Below are positions 44,870-54,279 of a stretch of 64,000 bases of DNA, in pieces; positions within the stretch are counted from its first letter, which is position 1; each line of letters begins with the position of its first letter. Below the pieces are notes generated by a model. That model was given only the letters and a program-made list of their open reading frames with translations, had not been told where the DNA came from and did no database searches. Both the position numbers and the translations under genes were made by a program. The DNA is from a virus. The DNA lies in the IMG/VR virus record IMGVR_UViG_3300045988_141012; one strand, given 5' to 3'.

Positions 44870-45654
44870 TTATTTTGAATAATGCTGTATGTATTTTAAA
44901 TTATTTTGATGTACAAACAATTTTTCTGTGACTTTAAACTGATTGTTTTTGTTTACATCTAAAGTTCTTGTAAATGGTTTACTCCAAATTGCCACAAAAT
45001 CATCTGGTGCATTTTGTTCGGAGATAAACACAATATGATCTTTGCTTGTTTCTCTCATATAATTCCAAAATTCGTTTGAGTCAAATTTTTCTTTTCCATA
45101 CCCTGTTGTTCCATTATACGGAGGATCGGCATATACTACGCAATTTTGCGGAAGTTCTACCTCACGATAATCTTTGCATATAAATTCCGCATCCATAAGA
45201 GTATTCATATCCTTTAACAACGATCTTTTGCTCTGGGCTGCATAATTTGTTCCTGTTTTATTCCTTGCATATCCGCCAAACCATTTACCTCCAAACGAAC
45301 ATCCAAATCCTACAAACCCAGCTAAAACTTTATCCTCGTCCTTATGTTCTTTTATATACTTATAATCATCTACAGATATATTCTCTGGCAAATCATATCC
45401 ATGTTTAACCCCATTTAAGAGTTCAATCAAATATTCATGTTTATCATTTAATATTTTTCTTGCAAATCCATCAACTTTACTTTCTATTGAACAACTTCCA
45501 CAGAAAAGACTTACAAATGTCAGATTATCCCCCCCCAGTTCCTGTTATTATCATTGCAATTTGTTTCGCTATTCTTGATTTTCCACCTTGGTATCTCATT
45601 TATTACCTCCGAAATTTGTTTACTAATTCGACTTTTACCGCCTAAATATTGCAT
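44870..45654 (-). pseudogene. Dam-family (D12 class) N6-adenine DNA methyltransferase, frameshifted in a G8 tract
   Basis: The N-terminal fragment MQYLGGKSRISKQI... stops 3 codons after the G8 run. The C-terminal fragment (track ORF 44870..45430 and upstream codons) carries TFVSLFCGSCS, ILNDKHEYLIELL and DPPY. One extra G (or two fewer) joins them in frame. Confidence 0.75.
45529..45536. repeat. C8/G8 homopolymer inside the Dam-family gene
   Basis: ttatCCCCCCCCagtt on the + strand. The downstream frame opens only 5 codons before the run, so the frame change must occur here. Confidence 0.9.
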
Positions 45655-45846
45655 ATTATATTCGGAGCGTGTACACTTTAAAACGTTACTCAATACCTTT
45701 CTTAATATTGTTATAGATGTTTGCAACCATCTAAATAAAATTTATAATCTAAAATTGAATTATCGGGCGAATAGCCCAAAGACGTAGTAAATACTACATG
45801 AAATTATTCTCTATTTAAAAATCAAAATGAAAGCAAAATTTCAAGC

Positions 45847-46218
45847 TTAAATATATACTCTTTTGCCTTTTACTTTAATGTATCTGCCTTTTGTGTTAAA
45901 ATAACAATCCTTTAGAACTGTTTGTTCTATATAACCACCACTTTTATATTTTAAATAAACAGAATCACCAAAGTCTTTAACCACCGTACCATCAGGAATA
46001 TCAAACGGTGTCTCTTTTATATATTTTTCAATACATTTTGAACAATACTTCACTGTTTCCAAATCAATAATTAAAACATCTTTTTTCCCTAAAGAGTGTC
46101 CACAATTTTCACAAAACAATTCTGCTTCTCGATCCGGAAATTTTGATTGCGGACATTCTTTATATTTTCTTTTACTTTTGTCCAATTTGTTTTTCGCTCT
46201 ATCACATAACAAACTCAT
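45847..46218 (-). CDS. hypothetical zinc-ribbon protein
   Basis: 123 aa with CENCGH...CSKC. Confidence 0.5.
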   Translation of the reverse strand: MSLLCDRAKNKLDKSKRKYKECPQSKFPDREAELFCENCGHSLGKKDVLIIDLETVKYCSKCIEKYIKETPFDIPDGTVVKDFGDSVYLKYKSGGYIEQTVLKDCYFNTKGRYIKVKGKRVYI

Positions 46219-46236
46219 AATAATTCCTCCTTATAA

Positions 46237-47097
46237 TTAAACTCTCACGCCAACACATTCATAAAATATATCAGCATCAAAATACGGTAATGACTTAATA
46301 AATTCTTTATCATCATCGCTAACATCTTCATCCCACCATTTTTGCTTGTCAGCTTCAACTATTATTGTTTTGATATATCCGCCAATAGTTTCACATTCAG
46401 GGTGTCTAATAATTTCTTCTTCATTCATTTCGCTTTTGTCAATAAAATCCGAATATTTATATGATTGAGGACAATCCAATAAAATCTCGTTAAATCTAAC
46501 TATTGACTTATCATTAAAATCAAATTCAGTTTCATGATTAAACATTCTCACTTTAAGTGAATTTGTATTACAATATCCGCTGTTATAATTTCCGCTGTTC
46601 CAATTTCCACTGTTCCAATATCCGCTGTTATAATCTCCGCTGTTACGATTTCCGCTGTTACACTTTCCGCTGTTCCAATATCCGCTGTTATAATCTCCGC
46701 TGTTACGATTTCCGCTGTTACACTTTCCGCTGTTCCAATATCCGCTGTTATAATCTCCGCTGTTACGATTTCCGCTGTTACGATCTCCGGAATTTCCTTT
46801 TCCAGTATTACACATATCCAACACTTCACTCCACTTCAATTCTTTTAAGATAACTATCTTATTTGTGCAACACTTAGAGTTGGTATCATCAAAATCAATT
46901 TCTCCTATTGCCTCAATTTCAGCCACCTTATTGTTTGGGTCAAATGAATAATAATTAAAGCAATCTACCAATTTTTCACAAAAATGAAAACCTACCTTAC
47001 AACACTTTGGATTTTCTATTATCTCATAAGTCTTTCCAATTTCATATTGATAACCTCTGCATGTCCAATCTGAATTAAATACTTTATAACCTTTCAT
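46237..47097 (-). CDS. pentapeptide-repeat protein (NSGxx repeats)
   Basis: Start moved to ATG 47097 (AGGAGG 7 nt upstream). The central ~85 aa are GNSGDRNSGNRNSGDYNSGYWNSGKCNSG... with strict 5-residue periodicity. Confidence 0.7.
   Translation of the reverse strand: MKGYKVFNSDWTCRGYQYEIGKTYEIIENPKCCKVGFHFCEKLVDCFNYYSFDPNNKVAEIEAIGEIDFDDTNSKCCTNKIVILKELKWSEVLDMCNTGKGNSGDRNSGNRNSGDYNSGYWNSGKCNSGNRNSGDYNSGYWNSGKCNSGNRNSGDYNSGYWNSGNWNSGNYNSGYCNTNSLKVRMFNHETEFDFNDKSIVRFNEILLDCPQSYKYSDFIDKSEMNEEEIIRHPECETIGGYIKTIIVEADKQKWWDEDVSDDDKEFIKSLPYFDADIFYECVGVRV
46561..46800. repeat. in-frame tandem repeat (15-nt unit; perfect 60-nt copies)
   Basis: 46621-46680 and 46681-46740 are identical, and 46741-46781 continues the same unit. 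Encodes the pentapeptide repeats. Confidence 0.9.
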
Positions 47098-47170
47098 TTT
47101 AAATTCCTCCTTATAATTGATTACAATCATCTTCATTGAATATAATTGTATTCATATATACATTCTCTTT

Positions 47171-47398
47171 TTATTTAAACTTAAATAAAACTTTAGCAAA
47201 TTGAATTGGCTGTATAATTTCTGCTCCACATTGAGAGCAATATAATTTTTTAGGAATATCTGTAATCACTTGATAGCTTCCTTCTGTTAAATTATCACAA
47301 CATGGACAACAAATTTTTATATATGGTTTGCCTCCAAGATCGAAACATGTTTTTATTAATTCATATTTTTCGTCTCTATCTTTTATATCTTTAACCAT
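47171..47398 (-). CDS. hypothetical zinc-ribbon protein
   Basis: 75 aa with CCPCC...CSQCG. Confidence 0.5.
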   Translation of the reverse strand: MVKDIKDRDEKYELIKTCFDLGGKPYIKICCPCCDNLTEGSYQVITDIPKKLYCSQCGAEIIQPIQFAKVLFKFK

Positions 47399-47425
47399 TA
47401 CAATATTCTCCTTGAAATCAGGTTT

Positions 47426-47695
47426 TCATTCTTTTGTCTCTATAACTGTCACCGTGCCTTGAATGATTCCCAAGTTAGACGACTCTTTAAATGTATGCGT
47501 TTCTGCAACATCATCCTTTGTCATTGGACGTGTAAGATACCACAACGAATCATCTTTCCACGTTATTTCCTCTAATTTCAGATTTGGATCTAATTCAATA
47601 GTTGTAGATCCACCCCATTTTCTTGTTGTTGCTTGACAACCTGCCAAACTCAATGTTGCCATAATTGCCAATGCTACGCAAATTTTCTTTTTCAT
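47426..47695 (-). CDS. lipoprotein
   Basis: MKKKICVALAIMATLSLAGC: signal peptide with an L-A-G-C lipobox. Confidence 0.7.
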   Translation of the reverse strand: MKKKICVALAIMATLSLAGCQATTRKWGGSTTIELDPNLKLEEITWKDDSLWYLTRPMTKDDVAETHTFKESSNLGIIQGTVTVIETKE

Positions 47696-47715
47696 AAGTT
47701 TATTCTCCTTTTTAT

Positions 47716-47928
47716 TTATTCGTCCAAAATCACTTCACAAATGATGGATTCCGGTGATTCATTTACAGGTACAAATGAATTTTTATCATCTTTTAATACT
47801 CTTGGAAATATTGTTGTGCCATTAATTTCTTCTCCATTCAAATCTTTAAAAGGACAATTATGTACCTCTATTCTATATGTCCCATCACTATTTTTTATAA
47901 GAATCATTTCTTCGCCATAAACATTCAT
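47716..47928 (-). CDS. hypothetical protein
   Basis: Track ORF of 70 aa. Confidence 0.5.
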   Translation of the reverse strand: MNVYGEEMILIKNSDGTYRIEVHNCPFKDLNGEEINGTTIFPRVLKDDKNSFVPVNESPESIICEVILDE

Positions 47929-48003
47929 AAATTATTTCCTCATATCATAATTTGCAAAATTCAAATTCCTCACCACAACTACATTGAATTGTGCCGGAAA
48001 TTC

Positions 48004-48150
48004 CTATGCTTGTCGGAACAAAATGATAAGTGTATCTACCGCAATCGCCCAACCGAATGTATGTAAAATCATATTAATCCACCATAGAAGACCACTATTT
48101 CTAAATTCGTCCCATGATTTTTCAACGACCATATTTTTACTATCGTCCAT
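48004..48150 (-). CDS. hypothetical small protein
   Basis: 48-aa ORF (MDDSKNMVVEKSWDEFRNSGLLWWINMILHTFGWAIAVDTLIILFRQA). Its ATG overlaps the upstream stop (TAATG). Below the track cutoff. Confidence 0.35.
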   Translation of the reverse strand: MDDSKNMVVEKSWDEFRNSGLLWWINMILHTFGWAIAVDTLIILFRQA

Positions 48151-48593
48151 TAAACATTCTCCTTTTTAATAGATTCTCTATTCCTTCTAATTTTGAACAA
48201 TTCATAGAGTATTTTTTGTTTTATATCAAAAGTACCTCTTTCCCAATTGTCCATCTCGCCGACGGTATTTATTTTAGATTCAATAAGTTTACTGTCATTT
48301 ATTAGCATAATACATTTTGCTCCCTCAAAACTATTTCTTGCTACCCATAATCGAGTTGCATCAAGAACTACTTCCGAGTAGGTTATTATAACGATATTCT
48401 TATTTTCTTCATAATTCTTTTGTATAAATTTTAAAATGTAATCACATAGATCATATGAATGGCAAATTTCTGTTTCAGGAAATTTAAGAATATTTTCATA
48501 TCCTTCAAAATCCCTACCATATTCTTGCAAAATTCCTTTTATATCCATACCTCGTCGACCAGTAATAATTTTGATATTCATATTAATCGCCAT
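48150..48593 (-). CDS. hypothetical protein
   Basis: Track ORF of 147 aa. Confidence 0.5.
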   Translation of the reverse strand: MAINMNIKIITGRRGMDIKGILQEYGRDFEGYENILKFPETEICHSYDLCDYILKFIQKNYEENKNIVIITYSEVVLDATRLWVARNSFEGAKCIMLINDSKLIESKINTVGEMDNWERGTFDIKQKILYELFKIRRNRESIKKENV

Positions 48594-48864
48594 CTCCTCC
48601 CAACATTATATCCCTATATTCTTCGCTGAAAATTTTGCCAAGCTTCATATCTACATAGGCAGCCAATTCACGAGTACGAATAAAATCACAATCCTGTAAA
48701 CAATCTCGTATAATATCACAAGCGTCCGTTGAATGGATATCGCACATACTTTCTCTCACAAGGGCGTTACTCATTCTAAGTGTTGCCCTACGGTATTGTT
48801 CGATGATGTAAATAAGTTGTTCTTTAGATAGCTTTGTTAATTGTCCTAAAATATCTTCCCACAT
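48583..48864 (-). CDS. hypothetical protein
   Basis: Track ORF of 93 aa. Confidence 0.5.
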   Translation of the reverse strand: MWEDILGQLTKLSKEQLIYIIEQYRRATLRMSNALVRESMCDIHSTDACDIIRDCLQDCDFIRTRELAAYVDMKLGKIFSEEYRDIMLGGDGD

Positions 48865-48868
48865 ATGA

Positions 48869-49300
48869 TTATTCTCCTAATTCTAATAACTTATTGACCA
48901 AATCTTGTAATCTTGAATTATTCGGATATTTCTTTGCCATATCTTCATAATACGCAACTGTTTTGTATTTATTGATTTCTTGCTCCAGTTCCGTTTTAAT
49001 TTTAGTTTTCTTTTCTGCTGTCTCTTTTAATCTTTGTTCTTCCGTAAATCTTTTGTTATATGCATTCATATTCACGACTCCAACAACTTGCCCCACTATT
49101 TCTTCATTACAATCTTCAATAGGAATAATTCGTTTAATTTGTCCAAGTATTCTTGTATTTTCATTTCCCCAACCATTTACAACAACCAACCATGGATTGC
49201 ATAGTAATCCTACCTCGTCTTCATATAATGCAACTGCATAATCGTAGTGTGCCAAATCATCAAACAAATTAACAATTGCCACTCTATTAAAATCTTTCAT
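48869..49300 (-). CDS. hypothetical protein
   Basis: Track ORF of 143 aa. Confidence 0.5.
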   Translation of the reverse strand: MKDFNRVAIVNLFDDLAHYDYAVALYEDEVGLLCNPWLVVVNGWGNENTRILGQIKRIIPIEDCNEEIVGQVVGVVNMNAYNKRFTEEQRLKETAEKKTKIKTELEQEINKYKTVAYYEDMAKKYPNNSRLQDLVNKLLELGE

Positions 49301-49454
49301 ATCGTACCTCCATAAATTGTACTTTTAAATTAAATTATTGAAATATCATTTTTGTATAATTGCAATTATGACATATAATACGATCATTATTACAAATACT
49401 GTAAGCAATATGCTGTCCAGCACTTTCCTCACCCCTTTGTCTTGAAATTAAGCT

Positions 49455-49805
49455 TTAATCGAATATTTCAATTTTATCTCCAATGTATTTCTGAACATAT
49501 TCTTGAACATTCTCAGGATACGAATCTACAACATAATCTGTATCAATTGTTATCTTCGTAATAATATTCTCCGTCTTATCCAAAAATATATTGCCAACCG
49601 TACCACCTGGAATTCTTATGTACAAAAGTCTTTGTTTCATATCCGCTTCAGTTGCCAATATATAATGTCCATATTCATATTCATCAATCATTTTCTTATC
49701 AAAACCAGCCAAATCATCAAGTTCTTTGGTTAGCTCACAATGATATTCATGAGAAAGATATTCGTTTAATTCTAAATAACAATCATATCTATGAGTTAGT
49801 TTCAT
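49455..49805 (-). CDS. hypothetical protein
   Basis: Track ORF of 116 aa. Confidence 0.5.
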   Translation of the reverse strand: MKLTHRYDCYLELNEYLSHEYHCELTKELDDLAGFDKKMIDEYEYGHYILATEADMKQRLLYIRIPGGTVGNIFLDKTENIITKITIDTDYVVDSYPENVQEYVQKYIGDKIEIFD

Positions 49806-50095
49806 TTCTTTTCACCCTTTCTGTAAAGCCATATAAAACCATACATTGTCCAAACCACCACTTGCCCTATTAAACAAAACACCAAAGATGTAAATTGTAA
49901 TATAAAACAAATAATACCGATAATAATTCCAAATGCATTTTTATTAAAAAATAATTCTTTGAATACATTCTGCCATATATTAAACCCAAACATTCTTAAA
50001 TCATCAGTATCACTAAATCGTAGTAAAGTAAATGAATATAAAGCAGATGCAATTATGTATACTGCCATAAATCCTCCGAATATATCATTATTCAT
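49802..50095 (-). CDS. hypothetical membrane protein
   Basis: 97 aa with three hydrophobic segments. Confidence 0.5.
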   Translation of the reverse strand: MNNDIFGGFMAVYIIASALYSFTLLRFSDTDDLRMFGFNIWQNVFKELFFNKNAFGIIIGIICFILQFTSLVFCLIGQVVVWTMYGFIWLYRKGEKK

Positions 50096-50097
50096 AA

Positions 50098-50550
50098 TTA
50101 ATTCTCCTTATTATATTGATCCCATGCATCTAACACTGTAAGAAACATCTCGCCTTTTTCAGTCAACCAACAGCCGCCGATACTACTACCATGCTCTGTA
50201 AAGCCACGGTCGTCCAAAATATATGCCATGAATTGTAATAAGCCCCACTGTATATCATCTTGAGCATCTATATTCAATTCTGTCTTATACCTTTGTTGCA
50301 CTTCATCATAATCACACTTGTTGTCCTTCCAATCTTTTCGAATATGAAGATATTTGCGTATGACATCTAATGTGTCATTAGGACAACCGCAACCGCACAA
50401 TCTTAATACGTCATATGAATAATAGTCTATTAATGGGTCGATTAGATATTCTTCATACCCTTCTTCTCTATTACCAACTATAACCTCATTCTCCAAGGAA
50501 AGATTAGATTCTTTTTTTATAATCTTTTCTGCAATTTCACTCAATAACAT
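50098..50550 (-). CDS. hypothetical protein
   Basis: Track ORF of 150 aa. Confidence 0.5.
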   Translation of the reverse strand: MLLSEIAEKIIKKESNLSLENEVIVGNREEGYEEYLIDPLIDYYSYDVLRLCGCGCPNDTLDVIRKYLHIRKDWKDNKCDYDEVQQRYKTELNIDAQDDIQWGLLQFMAYILDDRGFTEHGSSIGGCWLTEKGEMFLTVLDAWDQYNKEN

Positions 50551-50559
50551 ATTTTGTTT

Positions 50560-50787
50560 TCACCCTTTTATATATTGCTTAATTTCTTCATTCGTTGCAA
50601 TCTTCACTTCACTAAGCAAATATTCTCCACACCAACTTTCTTTATAACCCGAAACCATAACCACATCTTCTTCATCCTCCTCTGTTACGCATTGGTAACA
50701 AGCCACTGTACCCAATCTCTTTGTATTTCCTACTTGAACAACAACAAATGTTCCTGTATTGATTGGGAATGTTTTTGTAAAACTCAT
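50560..50787 (-). CDS. hypothetical protein
   Basis: Track ORF of 75 aa. Confidence 0.5.
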   Translation of the reverse strand: MSFTKTFPINTGTFVVVQVGNTKRLGTVACYQCVTEEDEEDVVMVSGYKESWCGEYLLSEVKIATNEEIKQYIKG

Positions 50788-50807
50788 AATGATACTTCCT
50801 TTCTTAA

Positions 50808-51020
50808 CTAATTATTTACTTCCCTGAAATTGCTATATCCCAAAAAAGAAATTCTTCCGTCCTCTTTCTGCTTATAATTCTTATTCACTTTGAATTTTCT
50901 GTCACATTCCCTACATACAAAATAATCCGTACTATTTAATGTTCCTTCAAAATGTAAATGACCAGTACAATATGGACAATTATTTCTCTCTTCGAATTTA
51001 TAGAATTCGATATCTCTCAT
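50808..51020 (-). CDS. hypothetical zinc-ribbon protein
   Basis: Start moved to ATG 51020 (AAGGAGA upstream). CPYC...CREC. Confidence 0.5.
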   Translation of the reverse strand: MRDIEFYKFEERNNCPYCTGHLHFEGTLNSTDYFVCRECDRKFKVNKNYKQKEDGRISFLGYSNFREVNN

Positions 51021-51024
51021 ACAA

Positions 51025-51237
51025 CTATTCTCCTTTTTCGTAACCATTTCTAATAATTTGTAGTTCTCTCATCAAATTAGAAGTTGAGTACAAAGCTGAT
51101 TCATCACTTAATTCTTTTAAATTCTGCAATGTATCTTTCAAATTTTTATCAATTTCTTTTTGTGATAAATCATTATGCGATACTTGTTGTTCTTCAATCC
51201 TTTCTCGCAATGTCTTATATTTCATAATATCATCCAA
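51025..51237 (-). CDS. hypothetical protein
   Basis: Track ORF of 70 aa. Confidence 0.5.
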   Translation of the reverse strand: MDDIMKYKTLRERIEEQQVSHNDLSQKEIDKNLKDTLQNLKELSDESALYSTSNLMRELQIIRNGYEKGE

Positions 51238-51239
51238 TC

Positions 51240-51518
51240 TTAATGTCGATTAATCCATGCCTTGAACTGATGGAATTCATTTTCCGTCATACAAATATCT
51301 GAATAATAAAAGTCTTTATTGAATATAATCGCCCAAATCTTCTTTAACTTTTTAATGAATCCAAAATCTTGCTCTGCATAAAATTTGCCATTCGTAAATA
51401 ATAAAAAGGCATAGTGAGATTTATCATATTTATCAATTTTAATATGTATTCCCTCATCGCAACCGCAAGTGCAACTTACGCATAATTCGTTTCCATCAAA
51501 ATTCTTCAGCACCGCCAT
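51240..51518 (-). CDS. hypothetical protein
   Basis: Start moved to ATG 51518 (GGAGAAATTCACT-ATG). Confidence 0.5.
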   Translation of the reverse strand: MAVLKNFDGNELCVSCTCGCDEGIHIKIDKYDKSHYAFLLFTNGKFYAEQDFGFIKKLKKIWAIIFNKDFYYSDICMTENEFHQFKAWINRH

Positions 51519-52041
51519 AGTGAATTTCTCCTTCCATTGCAACCTTCTTTTTAAAAATTGTTTTGCTCGCTACCTTTTTCACTCTAAAATTTACTGGACA
51601 TTTATCATATATCTTTTTGTCAGTTACCGATACGATTCCTGTCCCATATTTTGTTTTGCAAAGTATTACATCGCCAATTTGGACATTATCTCTGAATCTC
51701 ATCCAATTTGAAGGAACTCTCCACATGTATGTTTTATTATCAACATCATTTTCATTAATATGTCTACCGTAAATATACATCGTTCGTTCATTTCTATAAC
51801 TACTTGCTCCCCAATCTTCGACTCTGACTTCTACGTCTTCTATATTATTCTCTTTGTAAATAAGATACATAATATAGCCGTCGGTAAGAATTCCGTCGGA
51901 AGCAACCACAATTTCTCTATCTGGCTTTCCGAATTTTTCGAAATAATTCCTACATTTCTGAAGTTTTCTTTCGGACACATGAGTCCTTGCAAAAGCATCC
52001 GAAATCTTTATATCTGATAGTTTCATAGTTTTTGTTATCAT
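51496..52041 (-). CDS. hypothetical protein, weak ParB-N-like N-terminus
   Basis: LSDIKISDAF...REIVVASDGILTDGYIMYLIY loosely resembles the ParB/Srx N-terminal domain but lacks the DG.HR motif. Confidence 0.3.
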   Translation of the reverse strand: MITKTMKLSDIKISDAFARTHVSERKLQKCRNYFEKFGKPDREIVVASDGILTDGYIMYLIYKENNIEDVEVRVEDWGASSYRNERTMYIYGRHINENDVDNKTYMWRVPSNWMRFRDNVQIGDVILCKTKYGTGIVSVTDKKIYDKCPVNFRVKKVASKTIFKKKVAMEGEIHYGGAEEF

Positions 52042-52061
52042 AACAATATTCTCCTTTGTGT

Positions 52062-52355
52062 TTAATTTTCGGCAATCGAAAGGTTAAGTTTTAGATTTAA
52101 TTTTTCACATATATCACAAATTTGAGAAAGAGAAAAATCATAATCACCACTTTCATAATTGGATAGCATTGAAGAACTTACTTCCAAATAACTTGCCATA
52201 TCTTTTAAGGTCAAGTTATGTTTTAACCGATATTCCAATAATGTTGTCGAAAGTGTATATTGAATATCGTAATAGTATGATTTTGATGCACTCATATCAG
52301 CACATAATTTGTTGAGATACTCGCCAGCATTGACCAATTCTATATCATCACTCAT
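52062..52355 (-). CDS. XRE-family helix-turn-helix protein
   Basis: LTLKDMASYLEVSSSMLSNYESG is an HTH_3. Confidence 0.7.
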   Translation of the reverse strand: MSDDIELVNAGEYLNKLCADMSASKSYYYDIQYTLSTTLLEYRLKHNLTLKDMASYLEVSSSMLSNYESGDYDFSLSQICDICEKLNLKLNLSIAEN

Positions 52356-52374
52356 TTATACTACCTTACTTTCC

Positions 52375-53409
52375 TTACATCACAATACCAATGTTATTAA
52401 TTTGTCTATTCTCACTTGTACTCTTTTGAATTTCTCCATTGATTTTACAATAGAAGCTTCCACCACCATCAACTTTAATAACATCTGAAAATCCACAGTC
52501 TTTAATTTTGTCGTAAACTTCTCCACTTGTAATACAATTTGAGGTCTTTGTTTCAATGTAAAAATAATAGATATAATTGTCTTTGATACCAAGAAATCCG
52601 TGAACAGTTGGTCTAACTATTGAATTATCCCAACCTTCGTCCAAATATTCTGTCGTTGCTCTCAATTCATCAATTATAATCGGAGCACCCGAAACGGCAT
52701 ATTTAACATCTTCATCATATAAACTGTTGTACTTATCAATAAAAACTGTATTGTCGTTACAAATAATCAACGTAGACACGTCTTTCTTTTTAAACTGGTC
52801 AGACGCATTTTGACTTGCATAGAAATAAACCTTATTATCCTTGACTTTTCGTTCCCTCAAATACTTCAAACATGGCGATGAAAGTGTGTTTTCATCTAAA
52901 TCAGCAACAAGGTTTGCAACGGGCAAAGTAAAGAAAATTCCGTCCTCTTTGAAGTTTGCAAAATAACCAAGATTAAAATATGTATCTTCGTCCAAGTTGC
53001 TCTTTGATTTATCAACCAATTTAATTTGAAATCTATTCGCCGGCACTCTTAACATACAAATACCATTATGTGAAACTATCTTTGTTTCATTCTTATTTAA
53101 CAGTTCAGAATATCGGTTAATAATCACATTTAAATCATCCAAGTGAACGAGTTTCTTCCTATTAAATATATCATTCCAATATTCAATTTCGTCATCAGGA
53201 ATAACACCATCGTTCTTCAATACCTTTGTTTGTTTTTCCAATGTAATTGGATAGACAATTTTACCATCTGGGTCAAATACTTTATATCCCTGTTGAACCC
53301 TTTCTTCTGTGCATTCTTGAATAGCTTTTTGCTTGTCCGTATATGCACAAATTTGTGAACTATCCCACTTGCCATTGTTCCAATTTTTACGCACTCTGTA
53401 ATATCCCAT
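52375..53409 (-). CDS. phosphodiester-glycosidase-like (DUF2233-type) protein with N-terminal wall-binding-like repeat
   Basis: Start moved to ATG 53409 (AAGGAGAG upstream). C-terminal AVSGAPIII...VHGFLGI...GFSDVIKVDGGGSF resembles the ..sggP.L...R...G...A.nLDGGGS pattern. N-terminal YYRVRKNW...GYKVFDPDGKIVY. Confidence 0.4.
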   Translation of the reverse strand: MGYYRVRKNWNNGKWDSSQICAYTDKQKAIQECTEERVQQGYKVFDPDGKIVYPITLEKQTKVLKNDGVIPDDEIEYWNDIFNRKKLVHLDDLNVIINRYSELLNKNETKIVSHNGICMLRVPANRFQIKLVDKSKSNLDEDTYFNLGYFANFKEDGIFFTLPVANLVADLDENTLSSPCLKYLRERKVKDNKVYFYASQNASDQFKKKDVSTLIICNDNTVFIDKYNSLYDEDVKYAVSGAPIIIDELRATTEYLDEGWDNSIVRPTVHGFLGIKDNYIYYFYIETKTSNCITSGEVYDKIKDCGFSDVIKVDGGGSFYCKINGEIQKSTSENRQINNIGIVM

Positions 53410-53413
53410 TTGT

Positions 53414-53977
53414 TCACTCTCCTTGTTCTTCATCAAGACGTTGTTGATATTTCGTAAAATACCATATCAGTTCATCTTTGAATACTTCGATAGCTTCTTC
53501 GGCTTTTTGGAATGTTGAGAAATATATAGCATTCGGTCGTCTTAATTTCTGTTCTATTCCTATGCTTAATTCATTTAAACTATAATTATATGCAATACAA
53601 TATTTATTGATTTTATCATTTTTCCAATCAGACACAGAAATAACCTTGTCATTTTGCGCCTGCCACTGTCTTAACTGACGGAGCAATCTGTCTGCACGAG
53701 CATTGTTCTCGGAAATTATCTTGTCACTGTAATAGTTTCCTGTGCTATAACATTGCTTATCACCTTGGTCATTATCTTCTGTAACTCTCATTATATTATT
53801 GTATATATCGACAAGATAATACATTTCACCTTTTTCAACCCTCTCATACCCAGTTCTAGGTTTATCCTCAATCAATCCCAGCTTTTTTAGCTGTTCAAAC
53901 AATACTGTCTCTTTTAACTGTTCCTCAGGTATTTCAGCCTGAACGCTTTTATCGTTCACTTTCAACTCTACTTTCAT
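53414..53977 (-). CDS. hypothetical protein
   Basis: Track ORF of 187 aa. Confidence 0.5.
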   Translation of the reverse strand: MKVELKVNDKSVQAEIPEEQLKETVLFEQLKKLGLIEDKPRTGYERVEKGEMYYLVDIYNNIMRVTEDNDQGDKQCYSTGNYYSDKIISENNARADRLLRQLRQWQAQNDKVISVSDWKNDKINKYCIAYNYSLNELSIGIEQKLRRPNAIYFSTFQKAEEAIEVFKDELIWYFTKYQQRLDEEQGE

Positions 53978-53991
53978 TACTGTTCCTCCGT

Positions 53992-54279
53992 TTATTTTTC
54001 TTGAAATTCCTTTAATCTGTCCTCTAAATATTTAATCTCATCTTTCCAATGCTCAATTAGCATTTCTTCGATTTGTTGCTTTGCGTCATCTATACTATCA
54101 GCCCACAATATATCGTTATCTGCATTTAATTCTTTTGTTGTGTAATAAAACACCTCGCTATCTGATTCATCTTGCATCAAACTTGCGATTATATCCTCGT
54201 CATCTCCATAAAATTGATCGAAATGCAGTTCGTGCCATTCTACACCGATTTCATTCTTTTTGACTTTCCATTCTTTCAT
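53992..54279 (-). CDS. hypothetical protein
   Basis: Track ORF of 95 aa. Confidence 0.5.
   Translation of the reverse strand: MKEWKVKKNEIGVEWHELHFDQFYGDDEDIIASLMQDESDSEVFYYTTKELNADNDILWADSIDDAKQQIEEMLIEHWKDEIKYLEDRLKEFQEK

Noticed and set aside
46557-46853. Regular short tandem repeats here and at 56032-56175, considered as a possible CRISPR array or satellite.
   Set aside because: The units are 15/60 nt and 18 nt with no unique spacers. They are in frame and translate into pentapeptide and hexapeptide protein repeats inside well-supported ORFs. The other-frame and antisense track ORFs over them (46548..46829, 46557..46853, 55985..56266, 56021..56224) are artefacts.
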